Assembly (NCBI GenBank): GCA_023245355.1
Contig: JAHFKN010000005.1
Coordinates: 33,290-97,289, forward strand
DNA: 64,000 bases
Source: Candidatus Gottesmanbacteria bacterium
Lineage (GTDB): Bacteria; Patescibacteriota; Microgenomatia; UBA10105; UBA927
Reading direction: 5' to 3'
The position numbers and the translations under genes are program-made. Shown here in pieces: positions 1-9,553 of this stretch (position 1 is its first letter; the number at the start of each line of letters is the position of its first letter). The notes beneath the pieces were generated by a model. It was not told the origin of the DNA and did no database searches. It was given only the letters and a program-made list of their open reading frames with translations.

Positions 1-94
1 TTCCCTCCTGGGGGAACAGTTTCTCGATCTTCCCTTTGTGACCTTTGTCTTTTCCGATCGTCACGATAATAGCGTCGCCTTTTTTGAATTTCAT
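1..94 (-). CDS. rplX: 50S ribosomal protein L24 (N-terminal part; gene runs off window start)
   Basis: Reverse complement of 1-94 translates MKFKKGDAIIVTIGKDKGHKGKIEKLFPQEG, a typical L24 KOW N-terminus; lies immediately downstream of rplN as in the spc operon. Confidence 0.8.
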   Translation of the reverse strand, partial: MKFKKGDAIIVTIGKDKGHKGKIEKLFPQEG

Positions 95-95
95 A

Positions 96-470
96 TTAAT
101 ATACCTCGACTGCCAAACTTGCGATCTTATCAAACCCTTTTTCTTTTACCTCGCGTGCCACCGGTCCGAATACCCGGGTTCCCCTCGGATTCTGATCCGG
201 GGTATTGTCGATAACAACCCCTGCATTATCATCAAACCGTATATAGGAACCGTCTGCGCGGTGATATTCTTTCCGCGTCCTCACAATCACCACATGTACG
301 AGTTCATCGTCTTTTACGATCCCCAGCGGATCTGCCTTTTTCACGACACACTGGACTACATCTCCCAGCGTCGCCGTCATTTTTTGCCCGCCGCCGTAGA
401 TATGGATAATCACCATTTCCTGGGCTCCTGAGTTATCGGCAACTGTAATTTTTGTGCGTCGTTGTACCAT
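96..470 (-). CDS. rplN: 50S ribosomal protein L14
   Basis: 124 aa; MVQRRTKITVADNSGA... is the canonical L14 N-terminus. Confidence 0.95.
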   Translation of the reverse strand: MVQRRTKITVADNSGAQEMVIIHIYGGGQKMTATLGDVVQCVVKKADPLGIVKDDELVHVVIVRTRKEYHRADGSYIRFDDNAGVVIDNTPDQNPRGTRVFGPVAREVKEKGFDKIASLAVEVY

Positions 471-473
471 AGG

Positions 474-716
474 TTATTTTGTCAATTTTTTCGTAACGAT
501 AAAATGTTTTGTTTTGCTGATCGGTTTGGTTTCCGCAACCGTCACCTGATCACCGACTGCAATCTCCATGCCGGTCACGTGTGCGACAAAGTGTTTGGTG
601 CGTTTGATTGTTTTTCTGTATAACGGATGCTTTGAAAGCCGTATGACTTCCACAACCACCGTATCTTTCATACTGGTAGAAATCACTATTCCTGTAAATT
701 CTTTGTGTTGTTTCAT
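474..716 (-). CDS. rpsQ: 30S ribosomal protein S17
   Basis: 80 aa; S17-like OB-fold sequence; position between L29 and L14. Confidence 0.9.
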   Translation of the reverse strand: MKQHKEFTGIVISTSMKDTVVVEVIRLSKHPLYRKTIKRTKHFVAHVTGMEIAVGDQVTVAETKPISKTKHFIVTKKLTK

Positions 717-934
717 ACTGTACCTACTTTCTTTTCTGTGAGCTCTTTCTCACGTTTAATCGAAAGCAACGCTGCAAGTTTACGGCGTAACTCTTTGGCT
801 TCGCGTCTGTTTTTTACTTCCTTCGTCTGCATCGTTAACCGGACTTCGGCAATTTTCTTGCGTAATTCTCCGGCTTTTTTGCCGAGCTCAGTGACTCCGA
901 TACCGTGTAATTCATCTTTATCGCGCTTTTTCAT
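713..934 (-). CDS. rpmC: 50S ribosomal protein L29
   Basis: 73 aa Lys/Arg/Glu-rich helical protein; 4-bp overlap with rpsQ; operon position. Confidence 0.85.
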   Translation of the reverse strand: MKKRDKDELHGIGVTELGKKAGELRKKIAEVRLTMQTKEVKNRREAKELRRKLAALLSIKREKELTEKKVGTV

Positions 935-1347
935 ACTGTTTTCTCCCGGGTTATAAATTTACTTTTGATCGGTAATTTGATTCCGGCCAACCGCATGGCA
1001 TGTGCTGCTAATTCCCGGTCCACTCCTGCCATTTCAAACATGACCCGGCCCGGGCGCACGACACATACGTATTCTGAAACATCTCCCTTGCCGCTTCCCA
1101 TACGTGTTTCGGGAGGCTTCTTCGTAATCGGCTTATCCGGAAATATCCGGATCCATACGCGGCCTCCGCGGCGGATCGTGTGTGTAAGTGCACGGCGGGA
1201 CGCTTCAATCTGCCTGCTGCTTACCCATCCGGCTTCCATCGCCTTGAGTCCGAACTCCCCAAACGACAATGTTGAGCCCCTGATTGACAGACCGCGGCGC
1301 TTGCCCCGGAATACTTTTCTGTGTTTTGCTCGTTTTGGTGCTAACAT
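931..1347 (-). CDS. rplP: 50S ribosomal protein L16
   Basis: 138 aa; [11 protein letters not shown]...[14 protein letters not shown] typical L16. Confidence 0.95.
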   Translation of the reverse strand: MLAPKRAKHRKVFRGKRRGLSIRGSTLSFGEFGLKAMEAGWVSSRQIEASRRALTHTIRRGGRVWIRIFPDKPITKKPPETRMGSGKGDVSEYVCVVRPGRVMFEMAGVDRELAAHAMRLAGIKLPIKSKFITREKTV

Positions 1348-1365
1348 ACGTATATATACTGATTG

Positions 1366-2046
1366 TTATATTGCTGCTGTCTTCTTACAAATCCACACTT
1401 TTACTCCGACATATCCTGATTTCGTAAGAGACGGCACTTCTGCATAATCCACTTCCTCACGGATCGTTGAAAGCGGTATCGTCCCTGCTTTGTACGTCTC
1501 GCGGCGTGCGATTTCAGCTCCCGCAATACGGCCTGCCAATTTGATCTTGACACCTCGGGCTCCTGCCGTCATCACCCGCTCTACCGTCTGCATGCATATC
1601 CGTTTATGCGGCATGCGCTTGATAAGCTGATCGGCGATATTGGTAGCTACTATCTGTGCGCTCAGATTCGGTTCTTTTACCGGCTCTACCACGACTTCTA
1701 CTTTTGTTTTCAGCTGGTCAAATGCTGCTTTTCCGAGTTTCCGTACGTGCGCGATCCTCCGGAGTTCACCCTCGATAAATTTCTTCACTTCTTCAAGTCC
1801 CGTGCCTCCGCGTCCGATAACCAACCCCGGACGTGATACGTGAAGCACAACGCGGATTTTGTTGATGGACCGTTCGATCTCCGCCTGCGCAAGGCCGGCC
1901 GGTTTCAGACGTTTCGTCAATGATTCCCGAAGCAGCACATCCTGCAACAGTAAGTCTGCGTAGTGTGCATCATCAGCAAACCACCGTGACACCCATGTGT
2001 ACAATGGCCCAAGTCTGAATCCGTACGGATGAATTTTTTGTCCCAT
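1366..2046 (-). CDS. rpsC: 30S ribosomal protein S3
   Basis: 226 aa; MGQKIHPYGFRLGP... KH domain; S3 signature. Confidence 0.95.
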   Translation of the reverse strand: MGQKIHPYGFRLGPLYTWVSRWFADDAHYADLLLQDVLLRESLTKRLKPAGLAQAEIERSINKIRVVLHVSRPGLVIGRGGTGLEEVKKFIEGELRRIAHVRKLGKAAFDQLKTKVEVVVEPVKEPNLSAQIVATNIADQLIKRMPHKRICMQTVERVMTAGARGVKIKLAGRIAGAEIARRETYKAGTIPLSTIREEVDYAEVPSLTKSGYVGVKVWICKKTAAI

Positions 2047-2049
2047 AGG

Positions 2050-2400
2050 TTATTTACTGCCTTTCTCTTCGTCTTTCAATATTACTTTTACGTGTGTCAT
2101 CCGTTTTTTGTAGGAATGTGCCATACCGCGGCTTGCTGCATGCCACCGTTTCAGTACCGGTCCCCCCATAACGTCAATGGCCGCAACAATAAGCGTATCT
2201 GCCGTAGCTTTTTTCTGCACTGCATTGGCGACAGCCGAGTCAATTAGCTTTTTAAGCGGCTCGGCAGCATGTTTCGGTATGGAACCCAGTGCAGACAGTG
2301 CAACACCGACTTTTTTACCGGAAATCGCACGGGCGACCAACCGCACTTTGCGCGGGCTCGTCCGTATGTATTTTGCTGTCGCTGTGTATTCCATATGCAT
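2050..2400 (-). CDS. rplV: 50S ribosomal protein L22
   Basis: 116 aa; AKYIRTSPRKVRLVARAI motif of L22; alternative start MEYTAT at 2394. Confidence 0.9.
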   Translation of the reverse strand: MHMEYTATAKYIRTSPRKVRLVARAISGKKVGVALSALGSIPKHAAEPLKKLIDSAVANAVQKKATADTLIVAAIDVMGGPVLKRWHAASRGMAHSYKKRMTHVKVILKDEEKGSK

Positions 2401-2684
2401 TATGTCTTATCCAATACGCGCTTCGTCACCTGTCCGTGACCTCTAAACGTCCGGGTCGGTGAAAATTCTCCCAAGTGATGTCCTACCATGTTTTCCGTTA
2501 CGAATACCTCGGTAAATACCCGGCCGTTATGAACGGCAAACGTGATTCCCACAAACTCCGGGCTGATCACACACGCTCTCGACCATGTCTTGATCGCTGA
2601 GTGATCTCCGCCTGCCTTTTGCTTATTAATTTTAGCTAAGACGCGCGGGTCAATATATGGTCCTTTTTTGCTGCTTCGTGCCAT
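2400..2684 (-). CDS. rpsS: 30S ribosomal protein S19
   Basis: 94 aa; [13 protein letters not shown]...HNGRVF...GHHLGEF canonical S19. Confidence 0.95.
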   Translation of the reverse strand: MARSSKKGPYIDPRVLAKINKQKAGGDHSAIKTWSRACVISPEFVGITFAVHNGRVFTEVFVTENMVGHHLGEFSPTRTFRGHGQVTKRVLDKT

Positions 2685-2686
2685 AA

Positions 2687-3442
2687 TTATTTCCTCCGAC
2701 CGACAATAAACCGGTCACTGTATTTACGTAATTTCCTCGTTTTCTTTCCCATTGTCCGTTTTCCCCACGGGCTTTTCGGAGATTTCATACCGATACCGCT
2801 TCGTCCTTCTCCTCCGCCGTGCGGATGAGATCTCGGGTTCATTGCTACTCCACGGACTGTCGGACGTATACCCATGTGCCGTGAACGCCCTGCTTTGCCG
2901 ATGACTCTGTTTTTCCGGTCTTCATTTCCCACCTGACCCACGGTCGCTTTGCAGGCTGCGTCAAATACGCGCGTTTCGCCCGACGGAAGCTTCACCTGAA
3001 TCAAATTTCCGTCTTTTGCCAATACGGCTGCTGAGTTCCCTGCGGAACGCACCATCTGGGCGCCTCTGCCCGGTTTGATTTCAAGATTGTGTACCAGTGT
3101 TCCGACCGGAATACTTCCGAGCGGCAGGCAGTTTCCGACATTTGCATCAATATTGTCGCCGGAAAGCACCGTGTCGTTTACCTTAAGACCCAAGGGGGCT
3201 AGTATATACCGTTTTTCCCCGTCGCGATAGACTAAAAGTGCGATGTCGCTCGACCGGTTCGGGTCATAAATGATCTCCGTGACTTTGGCGGGAACCCCGT
3301 CTTTATCGCGTTTCCAGTCGATAATCCGGAAATACCGTTTCTGTCTGCCGCCCTGATGACGTACCGACACGTGACCAAACACATCCCTCCCGGAATTTTT
3401 GGGCAATATTTCGACAAGTGACCGTATAAAAAGTTTTTGCAT
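2687..3442 (-). CDS. rplB: 50S ribosomal protein L2 (short N-terminus)
   Basis: 251 aa; ...YILAPLGLK..., [29 protein letters not shown]; N-terminus about 20 aa shorter than E. coli L2, with only 15 nt to rplW stop. Confidence 0.93.
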   Translation of the reverse strand: MQKLFIRSLVEILPKNSGRDVFGHVSVRHQGGRQKRYFRIIDWKRDKDGVPAKVTEIIYDPNRSSDIALLVYRDGEKRYILAPLGLKVNDTVLSGDNIDANVGNCLPLGSIPVGTLVHNLEIKPGRGAQMVRSAGNSAAVLAKDGNLIQVKLPSGETRVFDAACKATVGQVGNEDRKNRVIGKAGRSRHMGIRPTVRGVAMNPRSHPHGGGEGRSGIGMKSPKSPWGKRTMGKKTRKLRKYSDRFIVGRRK

Positions 3443-3457
3443 ACTTTTGTAAAATTG

Positions 3458-3751
3458 TTACGCTTTTGCCTGTTCTCCGATATCAAACACTGCAATCTTC
3501 TGACCTTTCACAAGACGTACCATCGCTTTTTTCCAATCCGTGTGCCGCTTCATAATCATCTTTTTTCCCGTGCGGTGCATCTTGCCGACGCGGCGGATAG
3601 TGCGGATTTCGCGGACCGTCACATTGTAAAGACGGCTTATCTCTTTGGCAATCTGCTCTTTTCTGGCAAACGCCGTCACGGCAAAGGTATACCAGCCGGT
3701 TTGGGCCAGCGCCATGGATTTTTCGGTGATAAGCGGTCGGGTTTGTTTCAT
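3458..3751 (-). CDS. rplW: 50S ribosomal protein L23
   Basis: 97 aa; L23-like; operon position between L4 and L2. Confidence 0.9.
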   Translation of the reverse strand: MKQTRPLITEKSMALAQTGWYTFAVTAFARKEQIAKEISRLYNVTVREIRTIRRVGKMHRTGKKMIMKRHTDWKKAMVRLVKGQKIAVFDIGEQAKA

Positions 3752-3752
3752 A

Positions 3753-4484
3753 TTATTTCGTCAACCCCGATTTTATCGGGGTAAAATGTGCTTTGCTTTC
3801 TTCCAGAGCCTTTTTTGTAAAAATAATTTTCTTGTGCGTTATCAGTGCGTACGGGTGCAGATCTTTCGCATTCATGAGTGTCACATACCCGATATTCCGG
3901 GCAGCTTTCACGAGATTTGCCGCATCCTTGGAAACGATAAGCAGTACCTTGTCCGTGGCTTCAGCTGCCGAAAGAACTGCAGTAACCAGTTTTGTTTTCG
4001 GTTCCATATCCTCCATGCCGTCCACGATCATGGTATCGGCGGCCTTGGCACTTAAGGCGGAAACGAGAGCACCGCGTTTCATGCTTTTACTCATGTTCAG
4101 ATGATAATCCCGTGTAACAGGCCCGAATACTACTCCGCCGCCCACAAAAATCGGGGCCCGGATAGATCCGTGACGTGCTTTTCCTGTGCCTTTCTGACGA
4201 TAAATTTTCCGGCTGGATCCTTCCACTTCTCCGCGGGTTTTTGCCTTTGCTCCGCCCTCGCGCTGATTCGCCAGATACACACGGACGGATTGCGCCAACA
4301 GATTCCCGTTTACTTTCGCACCGAACAATTCAGCAGGAAGCGTCATTTTTCCGGTCGCTTTCCCGTCCAGACCGATGACTGACACGGAAAGTCCGGCTTC
4401 TTTTTTCGCTTCCGGAACTTTTTTGGCTTTTTCGGCTGTTTTCGGTGCAGCTTTTTTTACTTGTTTGGTTGAATTCGTTGCCAT
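3753..4484 (-). CDS. rplD: 50S ribosomal protein L4
   Basis: 243 aa; KGTGKARHGSIRAPIFVGGGVVFGP core motif of L4; Lys/Ala-rich N-terminal extension. Confidence 0.9.
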   Translation of the reverse strand: MATNSTKQVKKAAPKTAEKAKKVPEAKKEAGLSVSVIGLDGKATGKMTLPAELFGAKVNGNLLAQSVRVYLANQREGGAKAKTRGEVEGSSRKIYRQKGTGKARHGSIRAPIFVGGGVVFGPVTRDYHLNMSKSMKRGALVSALSAKAADTMIVDGMEDMEPKTKLVTAVLSAAEATDKVLLIVSKDAANLVKAARNIGYVTLMNAKDLHPYALITHKKIIFTKKALEESKAHFTPIKSGLTK

Positions 4485-4487
4485 AGG

Positions 4488-5129
4488 TTATGCTTTCTTT
4501 GTCTTTGCCGGTTCTTTCGAAATAATAAGGAGCCCGTTAATGGCTCCCGGTACTAATCCTTTGATCGTAATATGGTGGGTTGTCGGATCGACGGCTACCA
4601 CTTTGAGATTGCGCACCGTTACGGTGTCGTTGCCCATCCGGCCTGCCATTTTTTTGCCTTTATAGACACGTCCCGGCGTGGTGGTCTGACCGATGGATCC
4701 CGGTGCACGCTCGCGGTCTGACTGACCGTGTGTCCTGGGTCCTCCGCGGAAATTATGCCGCTTCACTACTCCGGCAAATCCTTTTCCTTTGCTCGTTCCT
4801 GTGACCCGGATGGTATCTCCTGCCGCAAATACCGATTCAACGGCAATCTGGGAACCCGGTTTTTCCGTTTCCGCAATTTCGCTTACCGTAAAACTGCGCA
4901 AAAAACGGAGCTTTTGTTCCAGCCCCGCTTTTTTAAGATGTCCGATTTCCGCTTTACTCAGGTTTTTGATTGTACCGAATCCGAGTTGGATGCTTTTGAA
5001 GTGTTCCTGATTTTCAACCTCGGTAATCCAGTTGGGACCGGCCAAAATTTCCGTGACGGGAATTCGCTTCCCTGCCTCATCAAAGGCCTGCGATTGTCCG
5101 AGTTTATATCCTAATAATGCCTGTATCAT
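4488..5129 (-). CDS. rplC: 50S ribosomal protein L3
   Basis: L3 family; MIQALLGYKLGQSQAF matches the L3 N-terminal consensus; longer ORF could start at 5147. Confidence 0.9.
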   Translation of the reverse strand: MIQALLGYKLGQSQAFDEAGKRIPVTEILAGPNWITEVENQEHFKSIQLGFGTIKNLSKAEIGHLKKAGLEQKLRFLRSFTVSEIAETEKPGSQIAVESVFAAGDTIRVTGTSKGKGFAGVVKRHNFRGGPRTHGQSDRERAPGSIGQTTTPGRVYKGKKMAGRMGNDTVTVRNLKVVAVDPTTHHITIKGLVPGAINGLLIISKEPAKTKKA

Positions 5130-5144
5130 ATAGATTCGTCTCCA

Positions 5145-5173
5145 CAAAAAAACGACCTCGGTTGAGGTCGTTT
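5145..5173 (-). terminator. Hairpin plus U-tract (intrinsic-terminator-like) between rpsJ and rplC
   Basis: Minus strand reads gggttAAACGACCTCaaccGAGGTCGTTTttttttg: 9-bp perfect stem, 4-nt loop, 7 T. Confidence 0.5.
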
Positions 5174-5303
5174 AACCCGTCTGCCAACTGGCAGATACCG
5201 GTTTCACGCTCATCCGAGACTTTTGGTTACCCCTGAGACACACACGCTTTGTCGCGTCATATCAGGAAGCGTAAGTATACCAAAGTATCTCTTCGAAAAC
5301 AAA

Positions 5304-5612
5304 TTACATTTTAATCTCGACGTCCACGCCTGCCGGGAGGTCAAGATGCATGAGTTGGTCTATCGTCTTGTCTGTCGGTTCCACAATGTCTATGAGTCGT
5401 TTATGAACTTTGATCATAAAGTCTTCCCGGCTGTTCCGGTCGATAAATGTAGCCCTGGCTACGTTAAAGTGCGTTTTATCGGTCGGAAGCGGCACCGGAC
5501 CCACCACGCGCGCACCCGTGCGCACTGCAGTGTCCAGTATTTTCTGGCAGCAGTCATCAATGATCCTGCTGTCATATGCTTTTAATCTGACTCGAATACG
5601 ACCTTTCGGCAT
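5304..5612 (-). CDS. rpsJ: 30S ribosomal protein S10
   Basis: 102 aa; MPKGRIRVRLKAYD...GPVPLPT canonical S10. Confidence 0.95.
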   Translation of the reverse strand: MPKGRIRVRLKAYDSRIIDDCCQKILDTAVRTGARVVGPVPLPTDKTHFNVARATFIDRNSREDFMIKVHKRLIDIVEPTDKTIDQLMHLDLPAGVDVEIKM

Positions 5613-5655
5613 TGTGTGTTAAGGTGCCTTTGAGTTACGTACTGCTACGATGCTC

Positions 5656-6843
5656 TTAAGCGACAATTTTTGTAACAACTCCTGCTCCTACCGTGTGACC
5701 GCCCTCGCGGATAGCAAACCGAAGACCTTCTTCAAGCGCTACCGGCACGATCAATTTCACTACCATCTTGGTACTGTCACCCGGCATGACCATTTCTACG
5801 CCCTGCGGCAATGTACATTCTCCTGTTACATCTGTCGTCTGGATGTAGAATTGCGGTCTGTAACCCGTAAAGAACGGTGTGTGTCGTCCGCCTTCTTCTT
5901 TGGTTAATACGTAGACTTCGGCTTCGAATTCCGTATGCGGTTTAACGCTTCCGGTCGCTGCCAATACCTGTCCGCGCTCAACCTGCTCTTTTTCAACACC
6001 CCGGAGCAATACTCCGATGTTGTCGCCGGCCAGTCCTTCGTCGAGTGTTTTCCTAAACATTTCGACTCCGGTTACAACCGTTGACTGTGTTGGCTTGATA
6101 CCGACGATTTCAATGGTTTCTCCGACCTTCACCTTGCCGCGGGACACGCGTCCGGTGACCACTGTTCCCCGGCCTTTGATAGAGAAGACATCCTCTACCG
6201 GCATAAGGAACGGTTTGTCGAGTTCACGTACCGGATCCGGCACGTATTCGTCGACGGTCTTCATAAGTTCTTCGATTGCTTTTTCTGCCTCCGGGTCACC
6301 CTGAAGTGCTTTGAGGGCACTGCCGCGGATAACCGGAATCTTGTCGCCCGGATACTTATATTTGGTAAGTAACTCGCGGACTTCCATTTCAACAAGATCC
6401 AGAAGCTCTTTGTCCTGTACCATATCGCATTTGTTCATAAATACGACAATGGCCGGTACGTTTACCTGACCTGCGAGCAGAATGTGTTCGCGGGTTTGCG
6501 GCATCGGACCGTCGGGTGCTGAAACGACTAAGATTGCACCGTCCATCTGCGCGGCTCCAGTGATCATGTTTTTGACATAATCAGCATGTCCCGGCGCATC
6601 AATGTGTGCATAGTGCCGTTTGGCTGTTTCGTATTCAGAGTGATGGATGTTTATGGTGACTCCGCGGGCCTTCTCTTCCGGAGCATTATCGATTTCTTCG
6701 TACTTCAGCGCCTTTGCCATGCCTGATTTGGCCAGCACGTGCGTGATAGCAGAAGTAAGCGTGGTCTTCCCATGGTCGACGTGACCGATGGTTCCTATAT
6801 TCAAATGCGGTTTGCTGCGAACAAATTTAGCTACGTCTGCCAT
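5656..6843 (-). CDS. tuf: Elongation factor Tu
   Basis: 395 aa; [23 protein letters not shown] GTPase motifs; full-length EF-Tu. Confidence 0.97.
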   Translation of the reverse strand: MADVAKFVRSKPHLNIGTIGHVDHGKTTLTSAITHVLAKSGMAKALKYEEIDNAPEEKARGVTINIHHSEYETAKRHYAHIDAPGHADYVKNMITGAAQMDGAILVVSAPDGPMPQTREHILLAGQVNVPAIVVFMNKCDMVQDKELLDLVEMEVRELLTKYKYPGDKIPVIRGSALKALQGDPEAEKAIEELMKTVDEYVPDPVRELDKPFLMPVEDVFSIKGRGTVVTGRVSRGKVKVGETIEIVGIKPTQSTVVTGVEMFRKTLDEGLAGDNIGVLLRGVEKEQVERGQVLAATGSVKPHTEFEAEVYVLTKEEGGRHTPFFTGYRPQFYIQTTDVTGECTLPQGVEMVMPGDSTKMVVKLIVPVALEEGLRFAIREGGHTVGAGVVTKIVA

Positions 6844-6928
6844 ACTACCTCCTTACAAAACAAATTATGTTTATAAAAATAATTAATCGACCTTAGAAAT
6901 TAAGTCGCTTTCGACATTTTAGCACATC

Positions 6929-9034
6929 TTAGACGTTTTTCGCAATAATCTTTTCCTGGATATTTTTCGGTACCTCTTCGTAATGACTCGGCTCCATGTA
7001 ATACGTAGCCCGGCCTTTAGACAAACTCCGTAGTACCGTCGCATACCCTGACAGTTCTGCAAGCGGCACCATAGCCAGGATAACCGTAACCGTTCCCCGC
7101 TGCTCAGAACCCATAATCTGCGCACGTCGTGCGGACAGATCGCCGATACAGTCTCCCATGTATTCATCGGGAGTCGTCACTTCCACCTTCATGATCGGCT
7201 CGAGTATCGTAGGATCGGCATGTTTTACTGCATCCTGAAGCGCCATGGACCCTGCGATCTTAAATGCCATTTCAGAGGAATCGACATCATGATAACTTCC
7301 GTCATAAAGTGTGGCTGACATATCGACCAGCGGGTAGCCGGCGAGCACGCCGTTTTCCATCGCCTCGACGATACCCTTTTCTATCGGGGGGATAAATTCA
7401 TTCGGCACACTTCCGCCTTTGATCGCATCGATAAATTCAAATCCTTCACCGCGGGCTTTCGGCTCTATCGTAATCATTGCGTGTCCGTATTGGCCGCGTC
7501 CTCCGGTCTGGCGGATGTATTTCCCTTCTCCCTCGGCCAGCTTCTTGATCGTTTCTTTGTACGCGACTTGCGGCGCTCCGACATTTGCTTCTACTTTAAA
7601 TTCACGCTTCATGCGGTCAACCAAAATCTCCAGGTGAAGTTCTCCCATACCCCAGATAATGGTTTGATTGGTTTCCAGGTTGCTTTTGATCTTAAACGTG
7701 GGATCCTCTTCAGAGAGACGCTGCAGTGCATATCCCATTTTTTCCTGATCGTTTTTGGTTTTGGGTTCGATTGCAAGCGAGATAACAGGATCAGGGAACG
7801 TGATTTTTTCCAAAACGATCGGGTTTGCCTTGTCACACAGCGTATCTCCCGTGATCGTATCTTTAAGTCCCACGACAGCCACGATTTCTCCGGCAAACGC
7901 TTCGCGGATTTCTTCCCGCTGGTTGGCGTGCATGAGTAACAGCCGGCCGACGCGTTCTTCCGCGCCTTTGCTGGAATTATAGGTATACGAACCGGATTCT
8001 AATTTTCCGGAATATATACGGACATAGGTAAGTTTTCCTACGTGCGGATCAATCTGAATTTTGAATGCCAGTCCGGAAAACGAATCGTCACTCACGCGCC
8101 TTCTCGTGATGTGTTCTTCCGTTTTGGGATGAATACCCGTGACCGCAGGAAGATCCAACGGAGACGGCAGATAATCCACGACGGCATCAAGAAGCGGCTG
8201 AACTCCTTTGTTCCGGAGACTCGTACCGCAATAAATAGGCACGAGTTTGTAGTCGATGACTGCGCGGCGCAGCGCCGCTTTGAGTTCATCAATCGTGGGC
8301 TCGGTACCGGCTAGGAATTTTTCCAGCAATGCATCGTCCGTTTCGGAAATCCGTTCCACCAGATCACTCCGGGATTTGATCACTTCATCTTTCAAGTCTG
8401 CAGGAATTTCGGGGAGTTCATCGGGGTGTGCGCCAAGATCGTCGGTATTCCATACGTACGCTTTGAGCGTCAGTAAATCGACAATACCTTTATATGTCTG
8501 TTCCTTGCCGATCGGCACGACCATGACGGCGGTCCGTGCACCAAGTCTTTGTTCAATTTGCTGGATTGTGTGCCGGAAATCCGCGCCGATTTTGTCCATT
8601 TTATTGACGAAACATATACGCGGCACTTTGTATTTATCTGCCTGATGCCACACGGTTTCCGATTGACTCTGCACGCCCTCTTCTGCGTCCAGGACGGTAA
8701 TACCTCCGTCGAGCACGCGAAGACTGCGTTCTACCTCGGCGGTAAAGTCCACGTGTCCGGGAGTATCGATGATGTTAAATCTGTATCCTTTCCAGAATGT
8801 GGTGGTAGCGGCGGATACGATCGTGATACCGCGCTCTTTTTCCTGCTCCATCCAGTCCATTTGCGTCGTGCCCTCGTCGATGTCGCCGATTTTATAACTT
8901 CTGCCTGTGTAATAGAGGATGCGTTCCGTGGTCGTCGTTTTCCCGGCATCGATATGCGCGATAATACCGATGTTGCGCACTTTATCGAGCGGCACATCGC
9001 GGTTTTCCGTAAGTGTTGTCGTAGGATTTGCCAT
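6929..9034 (-). CDS. fusA: Elongation factor G
   Basis: 701 aa; [20 protein letters not shown] GTPase motifs; EF-G domain layout. Confidence 0.97.
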   Translation of the reverse strand: MANPTTTLTENRDVPLDKVRNIGIIAHIDAGKTTTTERILYYTGRSYKIGDIDEGTTQMDWMEQEKERGITIVSAATTTFWKGYRFNIIDTPGHVDFTAEVERSLRVLDGGITVLDAEEGVQSQSETVWHQADKYKVPRICFVNKMDKIGADFRHTIQQIEQRLGARTAVMVVPIGKEQTYKGIVDLLTLKAYVWNTDDLGAHPDELPEIPADLKDEVIKSRSDLVERISETDDALLEKFLAGTEPTIDELKAALRRAVIDYKLVPIYCGTSLRNKGVQPLLDAVVDYLPSPLDLPAVTGIHPKTEEHITRRRVSDDSFSGLAFKIQIDPHVGKLTYVRIYSGKLESGSYTYNSSKGAEERVGRLLLMHANQREEIREAFAGEIVAVVGLKDTITGDTLCDKANPIVLEKITFPDPVISLAIEPKTKNDQEKMGYALQRLSEEDPTFKIKSNLETNQTIIWGMGELHLEILVDRMKREFKVEANVGAPQVAYKETIKKLAEGEGKYIRQTGGRGQYGHAMITIEPKARGEGFEFIDAIKGGSVPNEFIPPIEKGIVEAMENGVLAGYPLVDMSATLYDGSYHDVDSSEMAFKIAGSMALQDAVKHADPTILEPIMKVEVTTPDEYMGDCIGDLSARRAQIMGSEQRGTVTVILAMVPLAELSGYATVLRSLSKGRATYYMEPSHYEEVPKNIQEKIIAKNV

Positions 9035-9061
9035 AGGTTTATTAGTATTTTATCAGAAACA

Positions 9062-9083
9062 ATAAAAAACCCGCGGAAGCGGG
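9062..9083 (-). terminator. GCGAAGC-type mini-hairpin plus U-tract about 25 nt upstream of the fusA start (attenuator/terminator-like)
   Basis: Minus strand: atCCCGCttccGCGGGttttttatt; 5-bp GC stem, GAA-type loop, 6 T. Confidence 0.45.
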
Positions 9084-9553
9084 ATATAGTCTGCTTCAAC
9101 AATCAACATGACAATTGTACAGGATTTTCCCGCGTCTGTCTAGGGATTTTAACGGTCTTTCCGCCCGGGCAGGCTTCATGCGCCATGCGGTGCAACCGGA
9201 CGATTCGTTTTTATGTGCGTCTTGAACGCAGCATGTCACGGAGTGCCGCGAAGGAAAATCTTCCCTGACTTTTACACGGCAGCGAATCGGCAAAAATTGA
9301 ATGGAATTGGTTGAGATGATTCGGAGGAGCGACTCTCGTGCAGACGGTAACACCGTCTTCCGAGCGGACCCGGCGGTAACTTCGCTCGCTTTTCACATCG
9401 AGCCACGGACACGGGTTTGTACACGTACAATAGCCGGCTCCTGCTTCGCGGCTCAAATGAAGTGTGATCGTGTTTCCGTCTGCCTGAACTGTCCGGGTTG
9501 CCATTCAATGCGATACCATACTGCGTTTTACAAAAAAAGTAAAGCAACTTGAA

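Noticed and set aside
8549-9268. 239-aa plus-strand ORF overlapping the fusA 5' region
   Set aside because: Antisense to fusA; Arg/Cys-rich low-complexity translation; no RBS.
9211-9552. Two overlapping opposite-strand ORFs (97 aa and 83 aa) in the fusA upstream region
   Set aside because: Mutually exclusive, odd Arg/Ser/Cys-rich composition, no RBS; region more plausibly a non-coding leader (reported as a finding instead).
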